From assembly GCF_036971445.1 (NCBI RefSeq), contig NC_091482.1:60388001-60452000 (forward strand): DNA of 64,000 bases, written 5' to 3'. The notes beneath the pieces were generated by a model that saw only the letters and a program-made list of their open reading frames with translations, was not told the origin of the DNA and did no database searches. Both the position numbers and the translations under genes were made by a program. Source of the DNA: Narcine bancroftii (Eukaryota). Shown here one piece after another: positions 1-12,539 of this stretch. Each line of letters begins with the position of its first letter. Position 1 is the first letter of the stretch.

Positions 1-411
1 CCAGACTGAGTCGAAATCAGGGTTCTTTGTTCTTTATTACCGGATTGTAACACTTGCAACTAACAATGTTAGTCGGAGAATGCATTCTGCCGTTAACAGC
101 AAAATGATGATTTTTTATACCCTTGGATACGTGCTTAGAACATCATCATATCATTACTTGTCCAATGACTAAAACTGTTGCTATCCTTTCCCTGCTAGCT
201 TCCTGCCTCTCAATCCATCAATGTCTCTCTTATCTTGTAAGTACAAGGATGCATTCACATCTTGTTACAGCCCTGCACAGGGTAACTCCTTACACATTCC
301 CATCTCATGATGTTTTACCTAACAGGAGTACAAGGACACCTCCCCTTCTTGTTACAGCCCTGCACAGGGTAACTCCTTACACATTCCCATCTCATGATGT
401 TTTACCTTACA
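1..411 (-). mobile_element. LTR (5' LTR or solo LTR, truncated by window edge) in HACD3 intron 3
   Basis: Minus strand begins TGTAAG at 411; about 87-bp tandem duplication in U3 (approx 238-324 / 325-411); TATAAAAA (119-112) in a GGTATAAAAA(A)TCA context like the provirus LTR; AATAAA at 38-33; no polypurine tract upstream. Confidence 0.6.
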
Positions 412-429
412 ATTGGAATAAGAGTTGAG

Positions 430-900
430 GCAGAGGAGGAAACAAGGACAACCCTATCAAGGAACATCAGAAAGTGACAGGTAAAGGCAGGCTTTTTTCT
501 TTCTATTTTATAGAAGGTGGGAATGGCAACCAGGGAAGGAGCATGCTCCTCTTGCAGAATGTAGATTGTCAAGGAGGCTAACAGTATCCCTAACAACTCC
601 ATCTGTGAGAAGTGCATTCAGCTGCAGCTCCTTACAGTGTTAGGGAATTGGATGAACTCCGATCATTCAATGGCTGAGGGGCTAACAGACGAAAGGTACA
701 GGAATGCAATCATATCTTGGATGTTGTATATTTGGACAAGGTGCCTCATGTGAGGCTGCTTAACAGGTAAGAGCCCATGGAATCATAGGAAAGATATTAG
801 CATGGGTAGAGCTTTGGTTCTTCGGGAAGAAATAGAGTGGGAATAAAGGGATCCTATTCTGGTTGGCTACCAGTTACCACTAGTGTTCCACAGGGTTCTC
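430..900 (+). mobile_element. Degraded CR1-type LINE fragments
   Basis: ORF1-like (CEKCIQLQLL) and RT-like (DKVPH..LL...AHGIIG; VTTSVPQG) remnants with stops and indels. Confidence 0.55.
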
Positions 901-1699
901 ATTTCTTTGCTCCTCCTTGTGAGCTTATCACCATCATCCAAGTTCCATCCTGTTCCACGTACATTTCAATTCTATAAACATACACATCACCACTACCAAT
1001 TTCCACCCTATTCACCTCCCTGCAAACTTTATCTTGGTGAGATTTTTAAATAATTCTCATGCATTAAATAACTCGATAACCTCACCCCTTCCTAGCTTTG
1101 TAACTCATTCAGCCCTCCACCCCTCCAAGATGTTTGCATTCTACAATTAGGCTTTTTGCACATCCATGACCTTCTTCTCTAGGCTACTAGTCATTTTGTT
1201 TCATCCGTTTGGGCGATGAGCTGTAGCATTCCCTTCCTTAACTTCATGGCCTCTTTTTTTACAAGGCCTCTTTTTTTACAATGCCTTTTTAACCAGCTCA
1301 ATTGCTCAGTGATATTTTGATTGGTAAAACTACAGGACAAGCTTTGGCATTATTTTTACATGAAAGTTCTATGAAAATAGAGCCTAGCCTTTCTCCAGAT
1401 TCCAAAAAGCTGAAATCTTCTAAAATCAGCACTTTTTTTTGGTATATGACATTTGCTCATCAAAGATGGAGTTTGGCACTAAACATGACCCAACGCGACC
1501 CTCGCTTAACTCCTGTGTATCCTGTCAAGTTCTGTATCACTAATTAGTGATATCATTACTTTATAAGTACCCTACCCGTCATTCTGCTACTTTAGAAGTG
1601 CCCCTGAATTGCCATATACTGATGCCCATCCTGCGTCATGGCACTTTCAGTCGGCCCAGCAGTAGCTGAATGCAGGATCAATGGCTGACAGCAGCAAGA

Positions 1700-2090
1700 C
1701 TCGGGCAGGCTGGGGGGGGAAGAGAGACAGCAGCATGATTCAGGCGAGGGTTGGGGAGAGATGGCAGCGCGACGCGGGCGGGGGAGATGGCAGCGCGACG
1801 CGGGCAGGCGAGGTGGGGGGAGACGGCAGCGTGACGTGGGCGGGCGAGGTGGGGGGAGACGGCAGCGCAACGCGGGCGGGCGAGGTGGGGGAGATGGCAG
1901 CGCCATGTGGGCGGGCAAGAGGGAGAGACAACAGTGCAATGTAGGCAGGCAAGGAGGAGAGATGGTAGCGCAACACGGGCAGGGGAGAGAAAAAGACGTC
2001 AGCGCTACTCAGGCGAGGAGGGGGAAAGATGGCATTGCGACACGGGCGGGCAAGGGGGTGGGGGAAGAGAGGCGGCAGCACAACGCGGGT
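1700..2090. repeat. Degenerate GC-rich tandem repeat, about 36-bp unit
   Basis: Recurring ggcagcgcgacgcgggcgggcgaggtgggggaga units; explains overlapping low-complexity ORFs. Confidence 0.75.
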
Positions 2091-3141
2091 GGACTAAAAA
2101 TGATTCCAAAATCCAGAAGATTCCAAAAAACAGCAGGTATCCCGTCCTGACAAAAGGTTAGGCACCTGTGCAAGTTTTACAAGCAAATTTTAAACCCAAG
2201 TCACTACGACATATTTCCATTTCTATTTTACAGGAATGATGTAGTTGCACTGGAGTAGGAGAGATTGACAAAGATATTGCCAGTATTGGAAAATTATAGC
2301 TATGGAAAAAGATACGATAAGCTTAGGGGAAAAAATATTTGCTGGAAGAATTCAACATGTCAAATCTGAGTTGGGAGAATGGGGGAAAGGAGTTGTCTAT
2401 GTTTATGGTTGAAACTGTTCAAGACTGATCAAGGAAATAATTCTTTCCCCCCCCCCCCCTATAATGCTCTTTGACCCATTAAGTTCCTCAGCAGGTTTGT
2501 TTTACTCTCTATTTCCTCATCTGCACTCTTGTGCGTTCTAGATAAGTTAGGATTGCCTCCTTTAGAATGGAGAGAGTGAGGGGAGGCCTGACACCATATA
2601 AAATTTCAATCTTTGATCATGTAAATAGGCAGGATGTATTTCCCTGAACAGAGGGGACAGCAACTAAAGAGAATTGTGGGTGGCACAGATAGCATAGTGC
2701 AATACTTACAGTGTGGGTTTTCCCTGGGGGCTTCTACCATTCAAAATGTACTGGGGGCTGTGGGTCAATTGGGTGTAATTAGATGGCACAGGCTTGTGGG
2801 CCGAAAGGACCTGTTACCATGCTGTATGTCTAAATTTTAAATATTTAAATGTATGCTAGAAATCAGCCATTGTGAATAAGATTATGGTATTGTCTAGCCA
2901 TTACAAATCCATTACATATGCCCATCCTGTTCAGGTGCCACCTTGGAAATTAGCAGCAGATCAACATTTTCAGTAAAGTGCACAGAAATGTTTTAGCCTA
3001 CAAATTCGAGGACAAAATAATTTTCACAGAAATCCTGAAAATATCCCTGAAAAATTGTACAAGCCATTAAAAAAGTTAACTTTCATTAGGTCTGTGGCTG
3101 AATTGTAATCACCATCAAAGGTTAAACTGTCAGTGACATAC

Positions 3142-3215
3142 CTCAGAAGTCACAGCTTCCAGGAATGGCAGGCGGAATTCATAGACATTGTCTCCTTTTG
3201 CTCCATGGCCGTGTG
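3142..3215 (-). CDS. HACD3: HACD3 coding exon 3 (74 nt)
   Basis: ccttcag|CA CAC GGC CAT GGA GCA AAA GGA GAC AAT GTC TAT GAA TTC...TCT GAG|gtatgt gives (A)HGHGAKGDNVYEFRLPFLEAVTSE, matching the HACD3 CS/p23 domain (human AQGHGAKGDNVYEFHLEFL); phase consistent with exon 2. Confidence 0.93.
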
Positions 3216-4603
3216 CTGAAGGTACACAAGAAAAATGACATGATGAAACACAAGACTAGATTCAAACTCTTCTCAGGAGTGATCATAGGAGTACAAGAAA
3301 TTAGGACCATGCCATCATCCCCTTCACACCTGCTCTTCTATTCTGCCTGCTGGCCTCAATTCTCCATCCCTCCTATTCCTTGATGATTGATCTATTAAAT
3401 ATTTATCCACTTCCACTTTATTTCTAATGTTCCAGTTTTCATGGTCCAGAGATTCACCATTAAACATTTCTATGTAACCAGAGTTTTAAATGACTAGCCC
3501 TGCATCTTGTAGCTATAAACCTTGTTTGAGGCTTTCCCATCAGTGAAACTATCCCAACATCTACCCTGTCATACTCCCTTAAGATTTTATACAGGTGTAA
3601 TAGGTCACCTTTCACACTTTCACAAGGAATAAAGGCCCAAACTATTTAGTCTTTCTTGGGAGGACAACCCTCTCAGTCCAGGAATTAGTATGATGAACAT
3701 AGAACTGCTGGAGGAACTCAGCAGATCAAGACCTTAATAAAGAGTCACAACCCAAAACATCGACTGACAACCTCTACCCAGTGATATGGCCTGACTTGCC
3801 TAGTTACTCGAGCAATTTCTTTTGCTCAAAATTCCAGTATCTGCAACCTTTGATTCTCTTTTAACCTGGTGAATCTGCTTTGGACTGCCTCCAATGTTAC
3901 TGTATCATTCATGGGAAAGGAGTTTACCTCCCCAATACTTGTCAGACCTCTCTGCTATAATTTTTTCATGCTCAAGATCACCTAGGTCTCTCTAAATTTC
4001 ACTCACATTGTCTCTTCCCATTTAAATAATCTGCTTTTTGATTTCATTCACCGAAATACATGACATCACAAGCTCCACATAAAACTCCATTTGCCAATCT
4101 TTTACTCAAACGATCCCTACTCGAGAATCACAGCTTCCTTATCATATGCCCTGCCATGTATCACATCACTGGCAAATTTGGAAACTTTACACAAATGTTC
4201 CTTCCTCCAATCATTAATGTAAACACTGGACGACTACGAATCAAGTACACTGCAAAAGTATTCCACAAATTACTTCTTGCCAAGCAAAAAGGAGCAAATT
4301 TTCCAACTCTGGTTTCACTGAAACAGTTTTCAATCCACTCTCAAACAATTCCTCCTAAATTATGGCTTTCAATTTATGTGTGAGGAGTTGCAATGCAACA
4401 GGGACACAAGTCAAAAGTAACAAAAAAAAGGGCTAAAGGCTTTGTATTTAAATGCACACAACACAGGAAATAAAGTGGACGACCAGCTACACATTGGCAG
4501 GTATAATGTCATAGCCATCTTGGAGTCATGGCTAAAGGATGGATGTCATTGGGAGCTTAACATCCAATTTAATCGAAAAGAATAGGCAGGTAAGGAGAGC
4601 AAT

Positions 4604-6311
4604 GCTCCCCGGGCCACCGCTCCCCGGGCCACCGCTCCCCGGGCCACCGCTCCCCGGGCCACCGCTCCCCGGGCCACCGCTCCCCGGGCCACCGCTCCCC
4701 GGGCCACCGCTCCCCGGGCCACCGCTCCCCGGGCCACCGCTCCCCGGGCCACCGCTCCCCGGGCCACCGCTCCCCGGGCCACCGCTCCCCGGGCCACCGC
4801 TCCCCGGGCCACCGCTCCCCGGGCCACCGCTCCCCGGGCCACCGCTCCCCGGGCCACCGCTCCCCGGGCCACCGCTCCCCGGGCCACCGCTCCCCGGGCC
4901 ACCGCTCCCCGGGCCACCGCTCCCCGGGCCACCGCTCCCCGGGCCACCGCTCCCCGGGCCACCGCTCCCCGGGCCACCGCTCCCCGGGCCACCGCTCCCC
5001 GGGCCACCGCTCCCCGGGCCACCGCTCCCCGGGCCACCGCTCCCCGGGCCACCGCTCCCCGGGCCACCGCTCCCCGGGCCACCGCTCCCCGGGCCACCGC
5101 TCCCCGGGCCACCGCTCCCCGGGCCACCGCTCCCCGGGCCACCGCTCCCCGGGCCACCGCTCCCCGGGCCACCGCTCCCCGGGCCACCGCTCCCCGGGCC
5201 ACCGCTCCCCGGGCCACCGCTCCCCGGGCCACCGCTCCCCGGGCCACCGCTCCCCGGGCCACCGCTCCCCGGGCCACCGCTCCCCGGGCCACCGCTCCCC
5301 GGGCCACCGCTCCCCGGGCCACCGCTCCCCGGGCCACCGCTCCCCGGGCCACCGCTCCCCGGGCCACCGCTCCCCGGGCCACCGCTCCCCGGGCCACCGC
5401 TCCCCGGGCCACCGCTCCCCGGGCCACCGCTCCCCGGGCCACCGCTCCCCGGGCCACCGCTCCCCGGGCCACCGCTCCCCGGGCCACCGCTCCCCGGGCC
5501 ACCGCTCCCCGGGCCACCGCTCCCCGGGCCACCGCTCCCCGGGCCACCGCTCCCCGGGCCACCGCTCCCCGGGCCACCGCTCCCCGGGCCACCGCTCCCC
5601 GGGCCACCGCTCCCCGGGCCACCGCTCCCCGGGCCACCGCTCCCCGGGCCACCGCTCCCCGGGCCACCGCTCCCCGGGCCACCGCTCCCCGGGCCACCGC
5701 TCCCCGGGCCACCGCTCCCCGGGCCACCGCTCCCCGGGCCACCGCTCCCCGGGCCACCGCTCCCCGGGCCACCGCTCCCCGGGCCACCGCTCCCCGGGCC
5801 ACCGCTCCCCGGGCCACCGCTCCCCGGGCCACCGCTCCCCGGGCCACCGCTCCCCGGGCCACCGCTCCCCGGGCCACCGCTCCCCGGGCCACCGCTCCCC
5901 GGGCCACCGCTCCCCGGGCCACCGCTCCCCGGGCCACCGCTCCCCGGGCCACCGCTCCCCGGGCCACCGCTCCCCGGGCCACCGCTCCCCGGGCCACCGC
6001 TCCCCGGGCCACCGCTCCCCGGGCCACCGCTCCCCGGGCCACCGCTCCCCGGGCCACCGCTCCCCGGGCCACCGCTCCCCGGGCCACCGCTCCCCGGGCC
6101 ACCGCTCCCCGGGCCACCGCTCCCCGGGCCACCGCTCCCCGGGCCACCGCTCCCCGGGCCACCGCTCCCCGGGCCACCGCTCCCCGGGCCACCGCTCCCC
6201 GGGCCACCGCTCCCCGGGCCACCGCTCCCCGGGCCACCGCTCCCCGGGCCACCGCTCCCCGGGCCACCGCTCCCCGGGCCACCGCTCCCCGGGCCACCGC
6301 TCCCTGGGCCA
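4604..6311. repeat. Perfect 15-bp minisatellite (GCTCCCCGGGCCACC)n, about 114 copies
   Basis: Directly visible; only the last unit varies; lies in HACD3 intron 2. Confidence 0.98.
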
Positions 6312-6771
6312 GCCGTGTGTTTTTACTATTGTAATATTGCCCCTTTTGCTTGCCTTCTCTATCTCCCTCTGTAGTTTGCACACCACATTCTGGCTGCAAC
6401 ACCCATCAGGGTTTTTTTTTAAACCCTTAGTTTCTTAACTCTACACATAAGGATTCTACATCTTCTGATCCAATGTCTCCTCTTTCCAAAGATTTAATTT
6501 CATTTTTAACCAACAGAACCACACCACCCCTTCTGCCTACTTTCCTGTCCTTCTTACATAATGTGTATCCACAGATATTTAGTTTCTAGCTGTGGTAATC
6601 TTTCAGCCAAGACGAAGTGATGACCACAATGTCTTACCTGCCAACTTCCAGCTGTGCTACTCGACCATCTGCACTGTATTCATCACCCATTTAAATTTGT
6701 TTTCAAAATGCCACAAGTTAAATCCTTAATCTTACACATTCATTTTTGCCTTATTGACTGACAGTCCTCCC

Positions 6772-6905
6772 NNNNNNNNNNNNNNNNNNNNNNNNNNNNN
6801 NNNNNNNNNNNNNNNNNNNNNNNNNNNNNNNNNNNNNNNNNNNNNNNNNNNNNNNNNNNNNNNNNNNNNNNNNNNNNNNNNNNNNNNNNNNNNNNNNNNN
6901 NNNNN
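6772..6905. other. Assembly gap (134 N)
   Basis: Run of N. Confidence 1.
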
Positions 6906-7121
6906 TCCCATGCCTTTTTCTGAATCTATTTTTTTCCCTCTTGAAAGTATTTCAATTAACTTATGCAGATTTAATCAATTTGTTCTTTTTATCAAAAAAG
7001 TGCCCTCAGCAAGCTCGAGCTCAGATTATACACTACACACCAAACAGTGAAGAGTTATTTTTATACCACTGGGAGAGTCAATTACAAGTCAAAACTTCTT
7101 CATACTGCTCCCGGGGCAGTA

Positions 7122-7149
7122 TGTACCTTCAGCACACGGCCATGGAGCA
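7122..7149. repeat. 28-bp perfect inverted copy of 3199-3226 (HACD3 exon-3 acceptor plus first 17 exon nt)
   Basis: 7122-7149 TGTACCTTCAGCACACGGCCATGGAGCA is the exact reverse complement of 3199-3226 TGCTCCATGGCCGTGTGCTGAAGGTACA. Confidence 0.95.
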
Positions 7150-7209
7150 GAGGCATCATCATGGAATTGTTGCAGTACAGATTGAGGCCATTCAACATTA
7201 AAATCTTAC

Positions 7210-7252
7210 CTCTGAAGAAAAGGACATTTTCAGTGATTTTAACATCAGGTTT
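7210..7252 (-). CDS. HACD3: HACD3 coding exon 2 (43 nt)
   Basis: caacag|AAA CCT GAT GTT AAA ATC ACT GAA AAT GTC CTT TTC TTC AGA G|gtaaga gives KPDVKITENVLFFR (human NPAISITENVLHFK). Confidence 0.92.
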
Positions 7253-7829
7253 CTGTTGAGAGAGAAAAATGTTAAATAGATTAATGGAATTTTACAAAAA
7301 AGAGCAGACGCATTCACAAATGCTATAAATTATGGAAGGAATGTTGAAAATGACTACATAATTCTCTGAAGCAATTACTTACGACATAAGAGCAGAAATA
7401 GGATATTCAGCCCATCAAGTCTGCCCTGTCTTTTAATCATGAGCTGATCCATTTTGCCAATAAGCCCCACTGCCTGGCCTTCTCCCCATGACCATTGATG
7501 CCCTGGCTAATCAAGAACCTATCAATCTCTGCCTTAAATATACCCAATGACTTACCCTCCACAACGGCCTGTGGCGACAAATGATGAGAATTAACTAATG
7601 CTCCAATGATTTAGAATAAATTCAACAATCTCATTTCAAGGTGCCTGCATTCACTATATTCATCTCTTAAGGAAGCAGGAGAATGAGAATCAGGTGTGGA
7701 TGATGCTCAGAGGAAATGGAGTTGGTAAAGATGGGGAAATTGTTTAACTGGGAAGGTCAAGTTATGATATAAGGCATGAACTAGGGAGTGTAAATTTGAA
7801 ACAGAGGGTTTTTAAAAAATTTTTAGAGG

Positions 7830-8060
7830 CCCAGGACAGTACAGGCTCTTTTAGCCCACAAGCCCACGGTGGCCATATACAGTGCATCAATTAACCAACA
7901 AACCCTCTACATTTTTGGAGGGTGGGAGGACACTGGAGCACCTGGAGGAAACCCAAATGGTTATGGAAGATGGTATAAACTCCTTACAGACAGCACCAGA
8001 TTTGAACCAGGGTCGCAGATACAGTAACAGCATTGCACTAACTGCCATGCTAACCAAGCC
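7830..8060 (-). mobile_element. tRNA-derived V-type SINE
   Basis: Reverse complement of the SINE core (gcgctgtctgtaaggagtttgta...gggtttcctcc.ggtgctcc) seen at several other sites in the window. Confidence 0.65.
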
Positions 8061-9259
8061 GTCTGGGAAAGTTCTCAGGGAAATGCACACCAGAAAAATG
8101 GAGGATGTTAGGGACCACTTGTACTGGCTTCTAGATAGGGCGCAAATTCAATATCATTAACAACTCTCGCACATGCGTCAACTGAACTCCTATACGCAAA
8201 CCCATCGTGCGTACACCCACTGAAGACTCGTGCATGTGCACAAGAATCAAGATGGCTGCACCCAGCATACGGACCCTGGGACCCCGACAAACAATGCAAG
8301 TTTAGACCAGAATGTGGAAAGGTTCGCCAAGGTTGATCGAAATATTCAGGAAGATTTAAGTTGTTATCGTCAAATCTATGACGAAAAAAAGATTTGATTA
8401 AAATGTTTGCTTTAAGACTTTGGTACTCCACGTGCACAGGCAAAATTATGTCCAGTTTGGGATACGACCGATCCTTTGGTCCCAATTACAGTCATAAATT
8501 GGGGAGTACCCGTATATAACCTTAGGAAAACCCTAAGGTGTCTACACCTACATGAAGAACAGAAAGATAACCAATTAGGAATAAAGGGAGGAACATGTGC
8601 CTGGTGGTCAGGGTGTTTCTAAATGAATACTGCTTCAGTGTTTACTAGAGAGCAGGACCTTGCTGAATGTGAGGTCAGTGTAGTATAGGTTAATGTGCTA
8701 GACCATGTCAAAGTTAAGAAAGTGCAAAATTATTCAGAATCAAAAGTTGTCATGAACATGTCATGAAATTTGTCCTTTTGTGGCAGGATTACAGTCCCAA
8801 TATTGCTATAAATTACATTTCAAAATAATTAGTGCAAGAAAATAGGAGAAAGTGAGGTAGTACTGATTAATTGTCCATTCAGAAATCTAATGGCAGAGGG
8901 GAAGAAGCTGTGCTAGGTGCTCATCTTCAGGCTCCTGTACAGCAGTGTGAAGAGGGCATGGCTTGGGTGGTGAGGGCATGGCTTGGGTGGTGGGAGTCCT
9001 TGAGGATAGAGGTTCCTCTCTTAAGACACCACCTCTTGTAGATGCTTTCGACTGGTGCCCGTCATGTTGCAGGCGAAGTTAACCTTCTGGAATTTTATCT
9101 TGTCCTGAGCGTTGGCGCTTCAATACCAGACAATGATGCAACCATCCAGAATGCTCTTCACAGTATACCTGTAGAAGTTTCTGAGAGTCTTCAGTGACAT
9201 ACCGAATCTCCTCCAACTCCTTACAAAGTATAGCCGTTGGCAAGCCTTCTTCCAACAAA

Positions 9260-10295
9260 GCAAGGTTGACAGAGCTAGGGCTTTTCTCTTGGGAGCAACA
9301 ATGGATGAGAGTTGACTTAATTAAGGATTCTACGATTATGAGGAGCATAGATAGGGTAAACACGGGTGAAGTGCTGGAGGATTGGAAGGTAGCTCATGCT
9401 GTTCCATTGTTTAAAAAAGGCTCTAAAATTAATCTTGGATTTAGTAGGCCAGTGAGACTGACATCAATAATAGGTAAGTTAATGGAAGGTGCTCTAAGAG
9501 ATCGAATGTACAATAATTGGGTTAGTCAGGGGAAGATTACGGATAATCAACATGGGTTGTGCATGGTAGGTCATGTTTAACCAATCTTATAGTTTTCTGA
9601 GAAGATTATCAGAAAAGCTGATGAAGAAGATGCCATGGATTTCCTGAAAGTGCCATCACAGGTAATAGGATTGTAAAGAGAGCTTTTGGCATATTGGCAA
9701 AGTATTGAGCATAGGAATTGGGATGTTATGGAGAAGTTGTACTAGTCATTGGTGAGGCGAAATTTGGAGTATCATGTGCAGTTTTGGTCACCTAACGACA
9801 GGAAGAATATCAATAAGATTGAATGAGTGCAGAGGAGATTTAAAAGGATATTGCCAGAACTTGAAGAACTTAGTTACAGAAAAAGGTTAAACTGGTTAGG
9901 GCTTTATTTGCTGAAATGTAGACAATGAGGGGATATTTGATAGAGGTATACAAAATTATGAGGGGTGTAGATAGAGTAAATGCAAGTAGGCTTTTTCCAT
10001 TGAGGATAGGTGACATAAAAACTAATGGTTATGGGTTAAGGGTGAAAAGGAAAAAGTTTAAAGGGAACTTTAGAGGAAACTTCTTCACACCAAGTGGGTT
10101 AGGAACATGGAACAAGCTGCCAGCTGAACTGGTGAATGCATACTCAATTCTGACATTTAAGAAAATATTGGACAGCTACATGGATGTGAGGGGTATGGAG
10201 GTATATCGTCTGGTGCAGGTCAATGGGACTGGACAGAATAGTTTGGCAAAACTAGAAGGGCTTGTTTCTGTGCTGGAGTGTTCTATGGTTCTACC
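9260..10295 (+). mobile_element. CR1-type LINE ORF2 fragments
   Basis: EDWKVAHAVPLFKKG...RPVRLTS and MRGYLIEVYKIMRGVDRVN...FF..WNKLP motifs of CR1 RT and C-terminus. Confidence 0.85.
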
Positions 10296-10305
10296 TTTTA
10301 CCTGG

Positions 10306-11025
10306 TGTAATGGAAGATTCTAACCTGTTTTTTTAAACTTGCAGCTCTGGGTTAGACAAGGCTGAGAACCTGCTTGTGTTTTAGAATTAGCAGACATAAG
10401 CAAAATTCCACTGAGGGGCCAGAGATGGTGTTATCTGAAGAAAGGACATCTGTGTACCAAGAACATTTAATCTTCCTCCTTGTTTTGGTCACAGACTGTC
10501 AGCGGCCTAGCCTTGATGCAAAATAAACCATTGTATTCAAAGTGATAAGCTGAAAATTGTGTTATTCGTTAGAAGCCTAACATGCTAGCTTGCTTGCTTA
10601 TCTTTCTTGCTGTGCTGGGAATAGGTGCTTGGGTAAGCAGTTTTTGGGTAATACAAGTCATGGTCCCGCTGCTGAAGTTTGAGACTCTCCGAGAGGTGGC
10701 AACATCTCTCAGCAAGAAGAAGAACTTCTGGAATCCAGCCAACATCCCGGTCAGGGGAGGTGGAGAAGCTGCTACCGGCACCCTGACAACCGACTACAAG
10801 TGTGCAGTCGTTGCCTCGCTTTGGCAGTTGGGACCAGTCCAAGCGTTGATAAGTATAGTTGGGAAGGGCTTGCATATTGTAGTGTGAAATCAGCTTTTGA
10901 ATTTGTAATAAACATTTGTATAAACTGAACTGCTCTCGGTGTGTGTGTCTATTTTATTTCGGTAGCTCAAACGCTGTGACCAATCTAAAACAAACAAAAT
11001 GAGAGGTATAAATTTACCCAAGACA
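10306..11025 (+). mobile_element. Probable solo LTR (about 720 bp) in HACD3 intron 1
   Basis: TG...CA termini flanked by near-identical 5-mers CCTGG / TCTGG; AATAAA near 10907 followed by GT-rich tract. Confidence 0.55.
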
Positions 11026-12539
11026 TCTGGTTTATATTCAAATTTCCTGGTGTTTTGCTTTTGCTCTCCAGCTTATGCTGATCATATACTAATTGCACTT
11101 GTTTGTAATCCTTCATTCAAATCGTGTTTTTTTTCCCCCTTAAGAGGCAAGAACACTAATGAGCACATTGACATTTCTGTCAATTTCCTTTTAAATCTCC
11201 TCTATATTCGTTCAATTAGCAAGTCCACATGTCAATCTGGAAACTGTGTTTATTGTTATCAAGACCTTGATAAGATCACGCTTGAGAGATTTGGTCCGGG
11301 GAAAAAAAACCCCAGGACACATTGGATCAGATGCTGATGGTCATTATGCAAAAGTTGAGTTTTTTTTCTTCACAGTGACCAGTTGTACTGTAGTTATTGG
11401 TACTGGGACCCTTGCTGTTCTTTTGAAAAACCATCTACAATCTGGATGTCAATGCAGGAGGTGAGATTAGGTTTGCAGATGAATTGGAGATTGAGACGGT
11501 TGTTAATGATGAAAAGTTAGTAAAAGAGCAGAAAAATGGTGGATAGAATTTAATCCTGAAAAATGTGAGGTGTTACATTCTGGGAGGATTATTACAACTA
11601 GAATATGCATGTGGGGCCCAAGAAGGTCATAAGGAAGAGAGGGAAATTGGTGTTCACATTCAATGGTTCCCAAAGGCAGCAGCAGAGGGTGAAGAAGCTG
11701 ATTAAGAAGATATACAGAACACTTGCCATTAATGTGCTATGGAATTTAAATGGAGGTTATGGTGCAATTAAATTGATATTAATTAGGCCACAGATGGATG
11801 ACTGTGTAACATTCTGATGATCCCCTTACAGGAAGGATAAGAAGAGATGTCACCGAGCAAAAAATGTTTCACTCATGAAGAGGCTTCAGAGGCTATGCTT
11901 TTTGGAGACTCTTCGAAGATTGAGTATAATGGTTTCCACAGTAACTAGACACTCGCAACAACCTTTAAATATCATTTCTTTTCTCACACACTGCCTTGTG
12001 CCATTCCTTACCAATTAATTCACCGTTATTCTCTTGAATACCACACACAACCTTTATCTGCAAATGGCTCAGTACGATAGTAAAAAATCTACTTGACAAA
12101 TACAACCAACTCCAAATTACAAATTGTTCATATTGGAATTTTCAGAGCAACTCGAAACATCACCACAAACTATTATTTAAGAGATCAATATCCAGCTCGT
12201 ATTAACTCACACACTGACAGCTCCTCTTACATCCTCTCCCCAAATCCCCGATCCATTGTGCCAGCTGGGGATCATGACACCCCAACGACCTGTGCCAGTC
12301 ATTTCCAACCTGATCACTCCTCTTCAAACCAAACGTACACGTGGCCTCTTTCTCCAACCTTCTCCTTCAATCCCACCCAAAGGTTGGGCTGCATTTCCCA
12401 CCCACGGTAAGGCCACAAATAACCAAATTTATTTTCTTCTGATCCAGTTGCTGTGTGACAACCTTCCATGCTCCCACCTGAAAACATCCCTTCCTCACAC
12501 TCCAGCATATGAACTGTCTTCCACACCTCCTTTCTCACT

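Noticed and set aside
1592-2161. Overlapping Pro/Arg/Gly-rich ORFs
   Set aside because: Translations of a degenerate GC-rich tandem repeat.
4539-6402. 600-aa ORFs (PGPPL)n, (ARGAV)n, (PGERW)n resembling collagen or formin
   Set aside because: Stop-free 15-bp unit with no synonymous variation, inside a HACD3 intron; not Gly-X-Y.
6754-7050. ORF containing an X run
   Set aside because: Spans the assembly gap.
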